Source of the DNA: Candidatus Nealsonbacteria bacterium | GTDB taxonomy: Bacteria; Patescibacteriota; Minisyncoccia; Minisyncoccales; MHMH01 | DNA length: 64,000 bases | Reading direction: 5' to 3' | Assembly: GCA_016188865.1 (NCBI GenBank) | Contig: JACPGX010000001.1 | Span: 13,197 to 77,196, forward strand | Part shown: positions 45,467-55,614 of the stretch, in pieces | Layout: every line of letters begins with the position of its first letter | Numbering within the stretch: the stretch's first letter is position 1 | Notes under the pieces: generated by a model | Database searches by the model: none | What the model saw: the letters and a program-made list of their open reading frames with translations, nothing else | What the model was told of the DNA's origin: nothing | Made by a program: the position numbers and the translations under genes

Positions 45467-45916
45467 TTATTTAATCTCGAGGAGTTCTACTTCGAAAACG
45501 AGAGTAGAATTGGCAGGTATGACTCCGCCGATTGCCCTACCTCCATAAGCTAAATCCGGAGGAATGGTCAGTTTTATCTTTTCGCCAACCTGCATGCCTA
45601 AAAGCCCCTGATCCCAGCCTTGAATCACCTGGCCGGCTCCCAAGGTAAAAGAAAATGGCGCTCCTCTGTCTAAGCTGGAATCAAATTTTGTGCCGTTCAA
45701 AAGAGTGCCGGTATAATGGACAACTACGGTATCGCCATTTTGAGCAGCTTTACCCGCACCCGGCCTTAAAACTTCCTTTACCAAGCTGATTTCTGCGGGC
45801 CGCATGATTTCATCTGCCGGAGTTTCCGTTTTCGGTGTTTCTTTTTTAGAAAAACCGAAATAATAAACCAAACTGACGACAATCAAAAGCGAAAAAAATA
45901 TGATATATGTTTTCAT
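45467..45916 (-). CDS. FKBP-type peptidyl-prolyl isomerase, membrane-anchored/secreted
   Basis: VVVHYTGTLLNGTKFDSS..F.LG.GQVIQGWD. Confidence 0.9.
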   Translation of the reverse strand: MKTYIIFFSLLIVVSLVYYFGFSKKETPKTETPADEIMRPAEISLVKEVLRPGAGKAAQNGDTVVVHYTGTLLNGTKFDSSLDRGAPFSFTLGAGQVIQGWDQGLLGMQVGEKIKLTIPPDLAYGGRAIGGVIPANSTLVFEVELLEIK

Positions 45917-45920
45917 ATAT

Positions 45921-46628
45921 TTATTTGAAATAATTATTTAAAAATTTTACTAAATATTCCTTAAATTTAATCTGTTCCCTAATGCTGTTTTCAACTTCTA
46001 TGGCAATAATATCTCCAAAAATATATTTTGGCAAAGTGGTCAAATAGTCGAAATCCTTCAAACTGGTTATGGTGTGCAAATCGCTGTTGGTTTTCGGAGA
46101 AAAACCGTTTAAGTGATTACAGGCGAACTTTATCTTATTTTTTCTAACAAAAACATAATATGCTTCCTCGCTTCCCCGCGCAATAGCCGATTTAAAATGC
46201 GCTAAATCCACGCAAAATCCGCCGATTTGCCTGACTTTGACGTCCTTGGCAATTTGACTATCAAAATTCATCTCCAAATACAATTTATCCCAATACCCCT
46301 GCCATTGAGTCAATGATCCAAAATGCTCCTCATGGATATTAAAATAATGAGTTCCAAAATTATCAATAAAAAACTTAATGTCATCTGCATTGGTATCATC
46401 TCTCAAGTGCACAAAAGGCACTTTGCTAATCGAAGATTTCAAAAGCATGCGGTAAAGATTGTCCCTTTCTTTTTTATCGAAACGAGATAAAAAAACAGCG
46501 ACTGCATCTATTTTCAGCCGATTAATTTCTTTCAGCTTAGATTGCCAGTCAACGTTTGTTGCGCCCGTAATCCCTAAATAAACCCTTTTTTCAAAACTGC
46601 TTTCCATTCTATTCAGTAGTTTTACCAT
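45921..46628 (-). CDS. hypothetical protein
   Basis: 235 aa ORF (alternative start 46607); no motif recognised. Confidence 0.55.
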   Translation of the reverse strand: MVKLLNRMESSFEKRVYLGITGATNVDWQSKLKEINRLKIDAVAVFLSRFDKKERDNLYRMLLKSSISKVPFVHLRDDTNADDIKFFIDNFGTHYFNIHEEHFGSLTQWQGYWDKLYLEMNFDSQIAKDVKVRQIGGFCVDLAHFKSAIARGSEEAYYVFVRKNKIKFACNHLNGFSPKTNSDLHTITSLKDFDYLTTLPKYIFGDIIAIEVENSIREQIKFKEYLVKFLNNYFK

Positions 46629-47004
46629 CGAAATACTCGTTATCCGCCATGGCCTGCCCTTTGGTTGCGTGGACTACCCCGTCCCTATGATTTGGCGGCG
46701 AATAAATCGTATACAGCTTCATTTCTTCGGCAGAGGAAGTGTTTATAATATTGTGTTTTGTTCCTGCGGGCACCACTATGGCAAATCCGTCCCCAATTAG
46801 ATATTCTGACCCATTCAAGACGGCTTTTCCGTTTCCTTTCTCCACCCTTAAAAATTGATCCAAATCGTGCACTTCTTCTCCGATTTCTTCTCCGGGTTTC
46901 AAAGACATTACAACCAATTGGCTGTATCTGGCGGTGTAAAGAACTTTCCGAAAATTACTATTTTCTTCTGTTATTTTTTCGATATTTACTGCATAACCTT
47001 TCAT
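46609..47004 (-). CDS. cupin-domain protein
   Basis: 131 aa; G.EIGEEVH .. VVPAGTKHNIINT cupin motifs. Confidence 0.7.
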   Translation of the reverse strand: MKGYAVNIEKITEENSNFRKVLYTARYSQLVVMSLKPGEEIGEEVHDLDQFLRVEKGNGKAVLNGSEYLIGDGFAIVVPAGTKHNIINTSSAEEMKLYTIYSPPNHRDGVVHATKGQAMADNEYFDGKTTE

Positions 47005-47015
47005 ATATTTATAAA

Positions 47016-48185
47016 TTAATTATTATATTTTACTTTTTCTTTTACAAAAATTAACAAAAAAACGGCGGAAATCGTAAGCAGTAAAGAGAAGTAAAAGGGC
47101 GCGGTAGGATCTATTTTGTCCCAAAGCAAACCGGCTATTAGAGAAGAAGGCAAAGCGCAAAGACCAATTATCATTCTGAAGCCGCCCATAGCTGAGCCCA
47201 CCAGCTCTTTTGGAGCTAATTCTCCCACCAAAGCTCTTTGGACGGGATCTATGGCTGCCAAATGAAGCCCGTAAAATATAAAAGCTAAGATAATTCCCCA
47301 ATAACTTTGAAAAATAATGAAAAATAAGGAAACTGCAATCCAGAAAAGAAAAGATAAATAAAGAACTTTTTTCCTGCCGAGCCTGTCAGAAAGTTTACCA
47401 AAAGGCAAAGAGAATGCAGCTGCCACGACCGTGAATAATAAATACAAAACTGGGACTAGACTTGCCTGAAACCCATAATTTTTAGCGAAAATTAATAAAA
47501 AAGAGTAACTAAAAAATCCCAGAGAAAATAAAGCTGTAAGCAACGTATATAATTTTAAATTTTTATCAAAATACTTAAATTTTATTCCTTTAAAAATTCT
47601 GGCCTCATCAGATTTCATTTCTTTTACCAGTAAAGCAACGAGGATCACGGCTATAACAGAAGGAATAGCTGCCAAAAAAAGAAAATTTCTGTATCCTAAA
47701 ATGCCTAAAAAGAAAATTGCCACTAAAACTCCCGCTACCGCTCCTAAATTATCCATCATTCTTAATAAGCCAAAATTTTTACCTCGTTCAGCTCCCGTGC
47801 TGATTTCCGAAATCATAGCATCCCTGGGAACTGACCTCATTTTACCAGATCTATCCAGCATTCTAAAAGGCACGAGAAAATGCCACGTTGGCGATAAGGA
47901 ATAGCCTATTCTAGATATTGCTCCAAATGAATAGCCCAGCCAAACGAATAGCTTCCTCTTTCTGATTCTATCAGAAATATATCCGGAAACTGCCTGAGAG
48001 ATTGAAACGATTGCCTCGCCTAAACCGTCAAGAAACCCCAAGACGACCATATTAGCTCCCATAACACTTGTGACAAATATCGGCCAAACTGAAAATACCA
48101 TATCAGAACCCATATCATTCAAAAATGATGCTATCCCAAAAACCTTAACCGTTCTTTTACTTTTTGGTTGTTCTAAGCTATTCAT
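47016..48185 (-). CDS. MFS transporter
   Basis: 389 aa, ~12 hydrophobic segments, D-R-x-G-R-K-like loop (SDRLGRKK). Confidence 0.8.
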   Translation of the reverse strand: MNSLEQPKSKRTVKVFGIASFLNDMGSDMVFSVWPIFVTSVMGANMVVLGFLDGLGEAIVSISQAVSGYISDRIRKRKLFVWLGYSFGAISRIGYSLSPTWHFLVPFRMLDRSGKMRSVPRDAMISEISTGAERGKNFGLLRMMDNLGAVAGVLVAIFFLGILGYRNFLFLAAIPSVIAVILVALLVKEMKSDEARIFKGIKFKYFDKNLKLYTLLTALFSLGFFSYSFLLIFAKNYGFQASLVPVLYLLFTVVAAAFSLPFGKLSDRLGRKKVLYLSFLFWIAVSLFFIIFQSYWGIILAFIFYGLHLAAIDPVQRALVGELAPKELVGSAMGGFRMIIGLCALPSSLIAGLLWDKIDPTAPFYFSLLLTISAVFLLIFVKEKVKYNN

Positions 48186-48390
48186 CCTTTGGCTCTATTT
48201 CCTTTTTTATTTCCTCAAATTCATTTTCAATCTCCTTAAGCCTCTCTTTGCTCATTTTTATCAACGATACGGCTTCTTTGACTTTTTCAAGTCCTTGCTC
48301 AACGTCAATTTCCTCTTGATCATCGAACCACTCGGTAATTTCAGCTAACCTCTTTAAATTGGTATTCAAATTTTTGGCATCTTTAATCAT
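48178..48390 (-). CDS. xseB: exodeoxyribonuclease VII small subunit
   Basis: 70 aa helical; follows xseA with 4-nt overlap. Confidence 0.75.
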   Translation of the reverse strand: MIKDAKNLNTNLKRLAEITEWFDDQEEIDVEQGLEKVKEAVSLIKMSKERLKEIENEFEEIKKEIEPKDE

Positions 48391-49571
48391 ATTTTTTGTT
48401 TTACTTTTGAAATAATTTTACCATCGGAAACTTTAAGGTCAAAATCTTCGCCTATTTCAATATCTTTAGTATTTCTTATCACCTTACTGCCTACCATGGC
48501 AATGCTGTAGCCCAATTTCAGCTGCCTTTCCGGGTTATTGAGCAAAGCAATCTTTTCTGACTGCGCTAATTTTTCATTTGCCGCTGACAGTAAGAGCTTA
48601 AATCCGGAAAAAGTTTTTATTAAATAATCCCCTAAAGCTATTTTAACACCAGATAGGCTGCTTTGGAAAATTTGCAAAGAAACTCTTAACTTATTTTCTA
48701 TCATTTTATAGTTTTCGAAAATATCTTCGTAGCGTCCCAAAATATTTCTTTCGTATCTTTCCAAAAGCAAAAGGGCTTCTTCCCATGACTGATTGAGGTA
48801 GTTAGCTGCGGCAGTGGGCGTTGAAACGGAAACGTCTGCGGCAAAAGTGATTAAGGGTTCGTCTTTATGGTGGCCGACTCCGGCAATTACCGGAACCGGA
48901 AAATTCACGACTTCCCTGATAATGGTTTCATTGTTAAAAGGCATTAAAGATTCCAAGGACCCTCCGCCGCGGATAATGACCAAGACATCGATGTCTTGCT
49001 TTTTAAAGGTCTTTAAAGAAGCCAGCAGGTCGCCGACAGCTTCCTGCCCCTCAACCCTGGAATCAATCATTTTAATTTTAAATCCGAACCGGCCGATATT
49101 GTTTAAAAAATCTGCCAAAACCGCTCCGTGTTTTGACGTAATGACTCCGATTTTTTGAGAATACTTTGGAACGGACCTTTTTCTTTCATCGACAAAAAGG
49201 CCCTCTTCCGACAGCCTCTTTTTCAATTCGTCGTATTGCTTTTTCAGTTCGCCTTCGCCTGCCGGCTCAATTGTCTCGGCTATAAAAGAAAGCTTCCCCA
49301 GGGGAGCATAAATTTCAGGGTAGCCTGAAGCCATAATTTTCATTCCAGTTTCCAATTTTATTCCATAAAGATTGTATCTTGATTTCCAAATGATACAACT
49401 CAAAACTGCCCCATCTTTTTCATCTTTTAATGTAAAATAAACATGGCCCAGAGAGCTTACTTTCATTTCGGTAATCTCTCCTATAATTTTCGCCTTGGAG
49501 CTTTTTAGCCCAATATTAAGCAAATATATAAACTCCGAAACCGAAAATATCTTATTCTCCAATGATTCCAT
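48387..49571 (-). CDS. xseA: exodeoxyribonuclease VII large subunit
   Basis: 394 aa; OB-fold N-terminus ..GEITEMKVSSLGHVYFTLKDE.., ..IRGGGS.E.L..FN. Confidence 0.85.
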   Translation of the reverse strand: MESLENKIFSVSEFIYLLNIGLKSSKAKIIGEITEMKVSSLGHVYFTLKDEKDGAVLSCIIWKSRYNLYGIKLETGMKIMASGYPEIYAPLGKLSFIAETIEPAGEGELKKQYDELKKRLSEEGLFVDERKRSVPKYSQKIGVITSKHGAVLADFLNNIGRFGFKIKMIDSRVEGQEAVGDLLASLKTFKKQDIDVLVIIRGGGSLESLMPFNNETIIREVVNFPVPVIAGVGHHKDEPLITFAADVSVSTPTAAANYLNQSWEEALLLLERYERNILGRYEDIFENYKMIENKLRVSLQIFQSSLSGVKIALGDYLIKTFSGFKLLLSAANEKLAQSEKIALLNNPERQLKLGYSIAMVGSKVIRNTKDIEIGEDFDLKVSDGKIISKVKQKI

Positions 49572-49577
49572 ATTTGT

Positions 49578-50708
49578 TTATTTTATCAGATATTTGCGTC
49601 CCTTCAAATGCTCGGGCAAATAATCTTCTTGAGAATATTTTTCGTAGCCCTTACCGTAATTGAGGTCTTTCATCAGCTTAGTTTCAGGATTACGCAAATT
49701 GAGAGGAATCGGCAGATTGCCGTATTGTTTTACATCTGCCATCGCTTCCGTAAAAGCATTGTAAGAACTCCTGTCTTTTTTGCATTGGCACAAATGCACG
49801 ACTCCATGAGCCAAATTGATGCCGCATTCCGGCAAGCCGATTGTTTCCACCGCCCTGAAAACTTCATTGGCTACCACCAAAGCCGTGGGCTGGGCAATGC
49901 CGATGTCTTCTGAAGCGAAAATAACCATTCTTCTGGCTATGAATTTCGGGTCTTCACCGGCATCAATCATTCGAGCTAAATAATATAAAGCGGCATCAGG
50001 CTGGCTCGCCCTCATGCTTTTAATAAAAGCTGAAATTGTGTTGTAATGCTCCTCGCCAACCTTATCGTATCTTAAAAATTTTGACTGAAGAGTATTTTTT
50101 AATGCTTCTACGGTAATATTTTTGTAAAGCCGGGCTGTATTTTCCAGCATGGTAATCGCCTGTCTGGCGTCGCCGTTAGCCATGTTAATCAGCCAATCTT
50201 TCGCTTCTTTGCTCATTTTGAAACCGGCTCTGGCAATAATCGCTGCCATATTTTCATTAGAAAGCGGATTCAAAATAAAAACCCGGCACCTCGACAGCAA
50301 GGGAGATATGATTTCAAAACTCGGATTTTCCGTTGTCGCTCCGATAAGCGTAATATCGCCCCTTTCAACGTAAGGCAACAAAAAATCCTGCTGTGATTTA
50401 TTAAAGCGATGAATTTCATCTAAGAATAAAACTTTGGGGACCCTACCCGAATTTTCTTCCACTATTTTTTTAATATCGGCTTTGCCCGATGAAACCGCTG
50501 ATAATTCGTAAAATTTCGCATTCAAACTATTGGCATATATTTTAGCTAAAGTTGTTTTGCCGGTCCCCGGAGGCCCCCAGAAAATAAAAGAAAACAAATG
50601 CCCCTGCTTAATGGCAATATTCAAGGGTTTTCCCTCTCCGACCAAATGCTCCTGTCCCGCAAACTCTTCCAACTTTTTAGGCCTAATTTTTGAAGCCAAG
50701 GGTTCCAT
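49578..50708 (-). CDS. rarA: replication-associated recombination protein A (AAA+)
   Basis: LASKIRPKKLEEFAGQEHL.., WGPPGTGKTTLA. Confidence 0.85.
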   Translation of the reverse strand: MEPLASKIRPKKLEEFAGQEHLVGEGKPLNIAIKQGHLFSFIFWGPPGTGKTTLAKIYANSLNAKFYELSAVSSGKADIKKIVEENSGRVPKVLFLDEIHRFNKSQQDFLLPYVERGDITLIGATTENPSFEIISPLLSRCRVFILNPLSNENMAAIIARAGFKMSKEAKDWLINMANGDARQAITMLENTARLYKNITVEALKNTLQSKFLRYDKVGEEHYNTISAFIKSMRASQPDAALYYLARMIDAGEDPKFIARRMVIFASEDIGIAQPTALVVANEVFRAVETIGLPECGINLAHGVVHLCQCKKDRSSYNAFTEAMADVKQYGNLPIPLNLRNPETKLMKDLNYGKGYEKYSQEDYLPEHLKGRKYLIK

Positions 50709-50775
50709 ATATTTTGGCGTTATTATTGAGGTGGTTATTTTGTTGAATTTTTATTTCCTCCGTCAGCTCTGGCGG

Positions 50776-50815
50776 ATTAATGGATATCGGATATCCATTA
50801 ATTCTATCCATTAAT
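50776..50815. promoter_or_regulatory. 27-bp perfect palindrome plus third half-site (candidate operator upstream of rarA-xseAB operon)
   Basis: attaatggatatc g gatatccattaat (50776-50802) and atccattaat again at 50806-50815. Confidence 0.45.
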
Positions 50816-50829
50816 TCAATGATACGCCA

Positions 50830-50854
50830 TGTAACGGGTCGTACCCGTTACATT
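50830..50854. repeat. 25-nt palindromic element, copy 1
   Basis: tgtaacgggtcgtacccgttacatt identical to 54836-54860. Confidence 0.85.
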
Positions 50855-53792
50855 ATCTTTCGGCAAAGTCGCAAATGTCGCAAAAGTCGCAATAAGAACA
50901 CTGCCAGCCGGGGGTAGGGGCAAAGTCGCTGGTTTTGATGGCGCCTATTTCTTCCAGTATTTTTTCTTTAAGTTCGTCTTTTTCTTTGTCAGATCCCAAA
51001 AAAGAGGCTTTCTTTCCATCATTTAAATAATAATAAACCAGTTCTTTGGGTTTTATTTTAAAAATTTCTTCGGCGGCTATTTGATAAATCAACAGCTGTT
51101 CTTTAGAATCAGAATCCAGTTTATCTTTGGATTCGCCAGTTTTGTAATCAATGATTCTGACTCCCTCTGGTATTTCATCTATGCGGTCTATAACTCCCCT
51201 GATGATATTATCTTCAATTTTTAAATTAAATGGCATTTCTAAAGCTAGGTCATTATTCATCTTTAAAATCTTGGGGTAATTTTTATTAAAATCGGCATAA
51301 AAATCTTTTGCTATCTTTTTGCCAAGCTCATAATATTCCTCCTTCTGTTTTTTATTTTCATACCACTCATCAATCCAATTATCTTCGTAAATACTAATGA
51401 GAGAAACTAAGTTTCCACTTGGAAACTTAGTTTCTAGGCCACTATTATCCTTAAAGCCGAATAAATTATTCTGCTTGGCCTTATTAACCTCATTCGCCTG
51501 TTTTAAAAATTGATACAAAGTATTATGCATGGTTTTTCCGAAAGAAAAAACTGCCTTGCCCCTTACCGGCACCCTTAAAATAAAGGCATATTTATACTGC
51601 AATGGGCATTTCTCAAAAGCCGCCAGTTGGGAATAGGAAAAGTGGTCGGGCAGCTGATATGACGACGAATGTCTGAAAATCTGACTTCCCTCAAAATTCT
51701 GAGGGAAGTCGGACTTCCCAATATCGGATTTCGTGCTTCGTGCTTCAGATTTATCGTTGTATCCCATTTCAATCATAAACCTCGATGGCTTCTTTCTTCT
51801 TGCTCCGCCGTAATCCTCGGCTGAAGTAAAGTAAATCCCCTTTTTCGCTCGGGTCATTGCCACGTAGCAAAGCCGCCTTTCTTCCTGCAAATGGACGTCG
51901 CCTTTGGGCTTTATATCTTTAATCAAAGCGTCGGGAACCTCAATCGGGTCTTTTCTTTCAATAGTCGGGAATCTTCTATCCACCATATTCACTAAAAACA
52001 CATATTTAAACTCAAGGCCCTTAGCTCCGTGTATGGTCATTACTTTTATCATGTCTGGCCCTTGCTCGGAATCAAAATCGAGAGAACCCGACTCTCCTGA
52101 TTCTAATTCCAGTTTCATTTCATGCATAAAATTATTGAGAGTCGCATCTATGTTAGCTTCTTCAAAATTCTTTATCTTTTTATAAAATTGATTGAGCAAA
52201 TCTAACTGCTCTTTATCGTCTTTTTCCACTAAATATCTCAAATAACCCGAATCCTCAAGAAAAATAACCAATATTTCTGAAACATTTTTTTTGCCAGCCA
52301 GAATACTGTGCTTTTTTATCAAACTCAATATAAAAGATATTTTTTCCTGCGTTTTTGGGGAAATTCCCTGAATTAAGGGGAGGTCTTCGGCTGCCTCGTA
52401 AAGCGATTTTGTTTTGCGGCTGGAGTATTGGGTAAGTTTCATTATGTCTTCCGTCGAAATATCCAAAAGGACAAAATTTAAAACTCTAAAAAGCGCCGAG
52501 CTCTCGTGATAATTGTCTAAAAGTTTGAAATAAGAAATAATATCCAGAATAACTGGCTTGGAATAAAGGCCCTTTGAGGCTAAAAACTGATAGGGCAAGC
52601 CGGCTCTTTCTAGGGCTTTAATGAATGGCTGGGCATGATCGTTGGCTCTGACTAAAATGGCGAAATCACTGCAAGAAGCCTCTTTGTCGCTCTTTAAAAT
52701 TTCTGATATTTTTTTAATAACTTGATTTGTTTCCTCCTCCAGAGTTTGGGCATGGATATGTTTTATTACGCCTTTGCCATCTTTGTCGGCCACTAGCTGC
52801 TTATTTATTTTATTAACGTATTCGAGGCGGTCCGGGTCGTTGGCTTTGATGAATTTATAAGCCAAGTCCAAAATGTCTTGGCTTGACCTGTAATTTCTAA
52901 CCAAAGATATTTGCTTGGTTTCCGGGAAATCTTTTTTGAATTGAATTATATTTGAAAAAGATGCTCCACGCCACCTATAAATTGCTTGATCGTCGTCAGC
53001 GCAAACTGTCAAATTATTTTTTGGCGAAGTCAATATTTTTATCAATTCATACTGTGCCCAATTTGTGTCCTGAAATTCATCAACTAAAATATATTTGAAT
53101 TTCTCGCGGTATCTTTTTAAAATTAAGGGTCTTTGCTGGAAAATCTTAAGGCAGTAATTTATCAAATCGCCGAAATCTAAATAACTGTTTTCTAAAAGCA
53201 ATTTTTGATAAACATGATAAGCCGAAGCCACCTCTTTTATTCTTTCAGTTTCTCCGTCTTCCGGAACATCGTCCCTTGTTTTTAAATCGTCGGCATATTT
53301 CAAATAATCTTCGGGATAAATCGCCTGATCCTTGCAATGAGAAAAATGAGAAATTAAAGCCTGAATAAATTTCGCGGGATTTCCCAAAGACTTATAATAG
53401 TCTAAATTAAATTTGTCTAAATTTTTAAACATTAAAAGCCAGGCGGCTGTTTGGTCTAAAATCTTAAAATCGCCGGGCAAACCTATATCTAGAGCATGCT
53501 CTCTCAAAACCCTCTCGCAAAAAGAATGAAAAGTTGAAATCCATAAATCAATGTAGCCATAGGGCAGCATTTTATCAACCCGTTCCTCCATTTCTCCGGC
53601 AGCTTTTTCGGTAAAGGTAACCGCCAGAATTTCTTCCGGTTTTGCCAATCCTTTTTCAATTAAATAAGCCACTCTTTGAGTGATTACTGCCGTCTTGCCA
53701 GTACCAGCTCCCGCCACAATCAAAAGAGGGCCCTCCCCGTGAGTTACGGCTATTTTTTGCTCCTCGTTAAGCTTCATTAAATCAATTGCCAT
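50853..53792 (-). CDS. UvrD/PcrA-type SF1 helicase fused to C-terminal PD-(D/E)xK nuclease with 4-Cys (Cas4/AddB-type) cluster
   Basis: 979 aa; AGAGTGKT Walker A, ..VDEFQDTN..; C-terminal ..FEKCPLQYKY.., DRID...IIDYKTG, CSYCDFCDIC. Confidence 0.85.
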   Translation of the reverse strand: MAIDLMKLNEEQKIAVTHGEGPLLIVAGAGTGKTAVITQRVAYLIEKGLAKPEEILAVTFTEKAAGEMEERVDKMLPYGYIDLWISTFHSFCERVLREHALDIGLPGDFKILDQTAAWLLMFKNLDKFNLDYYKSLGNPAKFIQALISHFSHCKDQAIYPEDYLKYADDLKTRDDVPEDGETERIKEVASAYHVYQKLLLENSYLDFGDLINYCLKIFQQRPLILKRYREKFKYILVDEFQDTNWAQYELIKILTSPKNNLTVCADDDQAIYRWRGASFSNIIQFKKDFPETKQISLVRNYRSSQDILDLAYKFIKANDPDRLEYVNKINKQLVADKDGKGVIKHIHAQTLEEETNQVIKKISEILKSDKEASCSDFAILVRANDHAQPFIKALERAGLPYQFLASKGLYSKPVILDIISYFKLLDNYHESSALFRVLNFVLLDISTEDIMKLTQYSSRKTKSLYEAAEDLPLIQGISPKTQEKISFILSLIKKHSILAGKKNVSEILVIFLEDSGYLRYLVEKDDKEQLDLLNQFYKKIKNFEEANIDATLNNFMHEMKLELESGESGSLDFDSEQGPDMIKVMTIHGAKGLEFKYVFLVNMVDRRFPTIERKDPIEVPDALIKDIKPKGDVHLQEERRLCYVAMTRAKKGIYFTSAEDYGGARRKKPSRFMIEMGYNDKSEARSTKSDIGKSDFPQNFEGSQIFRHSSSYQLPDHFSYSQLAAFEKCPLQYKYAFILRVPVRGKAVFSFGKTMHNTLYQFLKQANEVNKAKQNNLFGFKDNSGLETKFPSGNLVSLISIYEDNWIDEWYENKKQKEEYYELGKKIAKDFYADFNKNYPKILKMNNDLALEMPFNLKIEDNIIRGVIDRIDEIPEGVRIIDYKTGESKDKLDSDSKEQLLIYQIAAEEIFKIKPKELVYYYLNDGKKASFLGSDKEKDELKEKILEEIGAIKTSDFAPTPGWQCSYCDFCDICDFAER

Positions 53793-53805
53793 TACCTAAT
53801 GGTAT

Positions 53806-53838
53806 ATTAAAAAATACGCAGGTTCAACCCGCGTATTT
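53806..53838 (-). terminator. intrinsic terminator after 53837-54529
   Basis: aaatacgc..gcgtattt hairpin followed on minus strand by TTTTTT. Confidence 0.6.
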
Positions 53839-54529
53839 AATTTAATTGCCTAACTATTTCTTTTAATCTTTCGAGTTCCTTCTGACAGTCTTTGACGCTA
53901 TAAAGTTTTGTTCCCATGCCGCAAGGCAGGGTCAATAAGTCTCCCGGCTGGAAATTTTTAACATTAATTGATTCCTTTGCGCCCCAAGCGATTCTTTTTC
54001 CGTTTCGGTAATGCGGATATTTCGTGATATCAAACTGGGAAGCATCAAAACTGATTATTTTTACTAAGTCCGACTTAAATAACTTGTCCCAGTCCATGTT
54101 ACCGCAACAGTGAACTCCTGGCGTTACCTTGAAACTACTGAAAATCGGCAGCCACAGTTCCTCAAAGTCAAACCCTGCCTGCCCTAAAGCTGGTTCGTCC
54201 AAAAACAGGATTATTTCTTTTGCTTCAAGGCCGTCTAAAATGCAGGAAATATGATTATAGGCTCTTTCAACGGCGTCTTCTGCTTCATAGCCCGACATAA
54301 CAAGGGTTGAGGGGCCCACGCACTGAACCTTTACAACGTCAAAAGAATGTTCCTTAAATTCTTCTAAACAACTCAATTGCCCCGGATTTTTAATATACTC
54401 CAATATCGCATCGCCCAGCAAGGGAAGTTCCGGCAAAAACGGAATATCATGCTTCAAGCTGTATTTTACAGCCTGCTTAACATTTTTATACGGCAAAGAG
54501 CCAACTTGAGTAATTATTTTTTCTGCCAT
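53837..54529 (-). CDS. MetE C-terminal-like (cobalamin-independent methionine synthase / URO-D-like fold) protein, tentative
   Basis: ..ITQVGSLPYKN.., ..IILFLDEPAL.., ..GVHCCGN.. resemble MetE-family motifs. Confidence 0.4.
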   Translation of the reverse strand: MAEKIITQVGSLPYKNVKQAVKYSLKHDIPFLPELPLLGDAILEYIKNPGQLSCLEEFKEHSFDVVKVQCVGPSTLVMSGYEAEDAVERAYNHISCILDGLEAKEIILFLDEPALGQAGFDFEELWLPIFSSFKVTPGVHCCGNMDWDKLFKSDLVKIISFDASQFDITKYPHYRNGKRIAWGAKESINVKNFQPGDLLTLPCGMGTKLYSVKDCQKELERLKEIVRQLN

Positions 54530-54774
54530 TTTAACTTCTCCAAAAGTTTCTGCCACCATTTCTTCTCATCCTTTGGAACAGCAATCTGAAAAATAACTTC
54601 GTACTTATCATGCATCTGCAGTAAAAGATTTTTAATGTATTCTTTTTCTTCTCCGGTGATTTCTTCTATCACATCAACAAAAACCTGATTATCTTTCGCC
54701 CACCTTATATTTATAATACAAGGAATCTTGCCAAGTGCTTCAAAAATAATCTTCGAACGCGATTTTTGCTCCAC
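54514..54774 (-). CDS. hypothetical protein
   Basis: 86 aa ORF, overlaps downstream gene start. Confidence 0.5.
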   Translation of the reverse strand: MEQKSRSKIIFEALGKIPCIINIRWAKDNQVFVDVIEEITGEEKEYIKNLLLQMHDKYEVIFQIAVPKDEKKWWQKLLEKLKWQKK

Positions 54775-54835
54775 CCTCCACCTCTATTTTTAAATAACTA
54801 ATCATAGTTTAGCAAATCAAGCCGAAAAATAAAAG

Positions 54836-54860
54836 TGTAACGGGTCGTACCCGTTACATT
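54836..54860. repeat. 25-nt palindromic element, copy 2
   Basis: tgtaacgggtcgtacccgttacatt; overlaps -35 of the next promoter. Confidence 0.85.
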
Positions 54861-54887
54861 GACAAAGATCATTATCTATGGCAGAAT
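54859..54887 (+). promoter_or_regulatory. promoter TTGACA-17-CAGAAT for 54933-55586
   Basis: ttgaca 54859-54864, cagaat 54882-54887. Confidence 0.45.
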
Positions 54888-54932
54888 ACTTTTGTTGAGG
54901 CACGCTAACAACTGGAGAAGAGGGAGAGTATT

Positions 54933-55586
54933 ATGGAAAAAAATAACAAAAAAAGATGGGTTGAATTGTGGCAACGTGCCGGAAGAAACGGGGGAGAAGA
55001 CGCCGGAGATTGCGCCGTTGTGTACGCCCACCTTATAAGTCACCATAGGGGGAAATATGAAAAATCGCCTCGCCTCTATCACACAATAGACCACATAGAT
55101 CGGTGCCTTGAGGAATTTGACGAAGTTAAGGGCCTTTTAACGGAGCCGAACGCAGTTGAAATGGCAATTTGGTTTCATGATTTTTTCTACGATACTTATA
55201 GAAAAGATAACGAAAAAAGAAGTGCTGGGGTAGCGAAAGACATTCTCAAAGCAGCTTCGTTGCCCCATGCCTTTGGTAAACGCGTTACCGAACTAATTCT
55301 CGTGACCAAACACGATATTCCGCCTGCAGATTTTGATGCGCGGATTATAGCCGACATAGACCTGGCTTCGCTGGGTTATTCAGAAAAAATATTCGATGAG
55401 AATACGGCCAAGATTCGCAAAGAATACGACTGGGTGCCAAAAGAAATATTCAATAAGGGAAGAATAAAAATCTTGAAAGCGTTTCTTGATCGCCCAACCA
55501 TTTATTTAACGCAGTTCTTTCGCGATAAGTACGAAGCGCAAGCTCGCAAAAACCTCGCCCGAGCCATCGCAAAACTATTAGAATGA
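54933..55586 (+). CDS. HD-like metal-dependent phosphohydrolase family protein (uncharacterised)
   Basis: 217 aa; ..YHTIDHIDRC.. and ..AIWFHDFFYD.. (H..HD). Confidence 0.5.
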   Translation: MEKNNKKRWVELWQRAGRNGGEDAGDCAVVYAHLISHHRGKYEKSPRLYHTIDHIDRCLEEFDEVKGLLTEPNAVEMAIWFHDFFYDTYRKDNEKRSAGVAKDILKAASLPHAFGKRVTELILVTKHDIPPADFDARIIADIDLASLGYSEKIFDENTAKIRKEYDWVPKEIFNKGRIKILKAFLDRPTIYLTQFFRDKYEAQARKNLARAIAKLLE

Positions 55587-55614
55587 AACCCTTCGGCAAG
55601 CTCAAGGTAAACAA

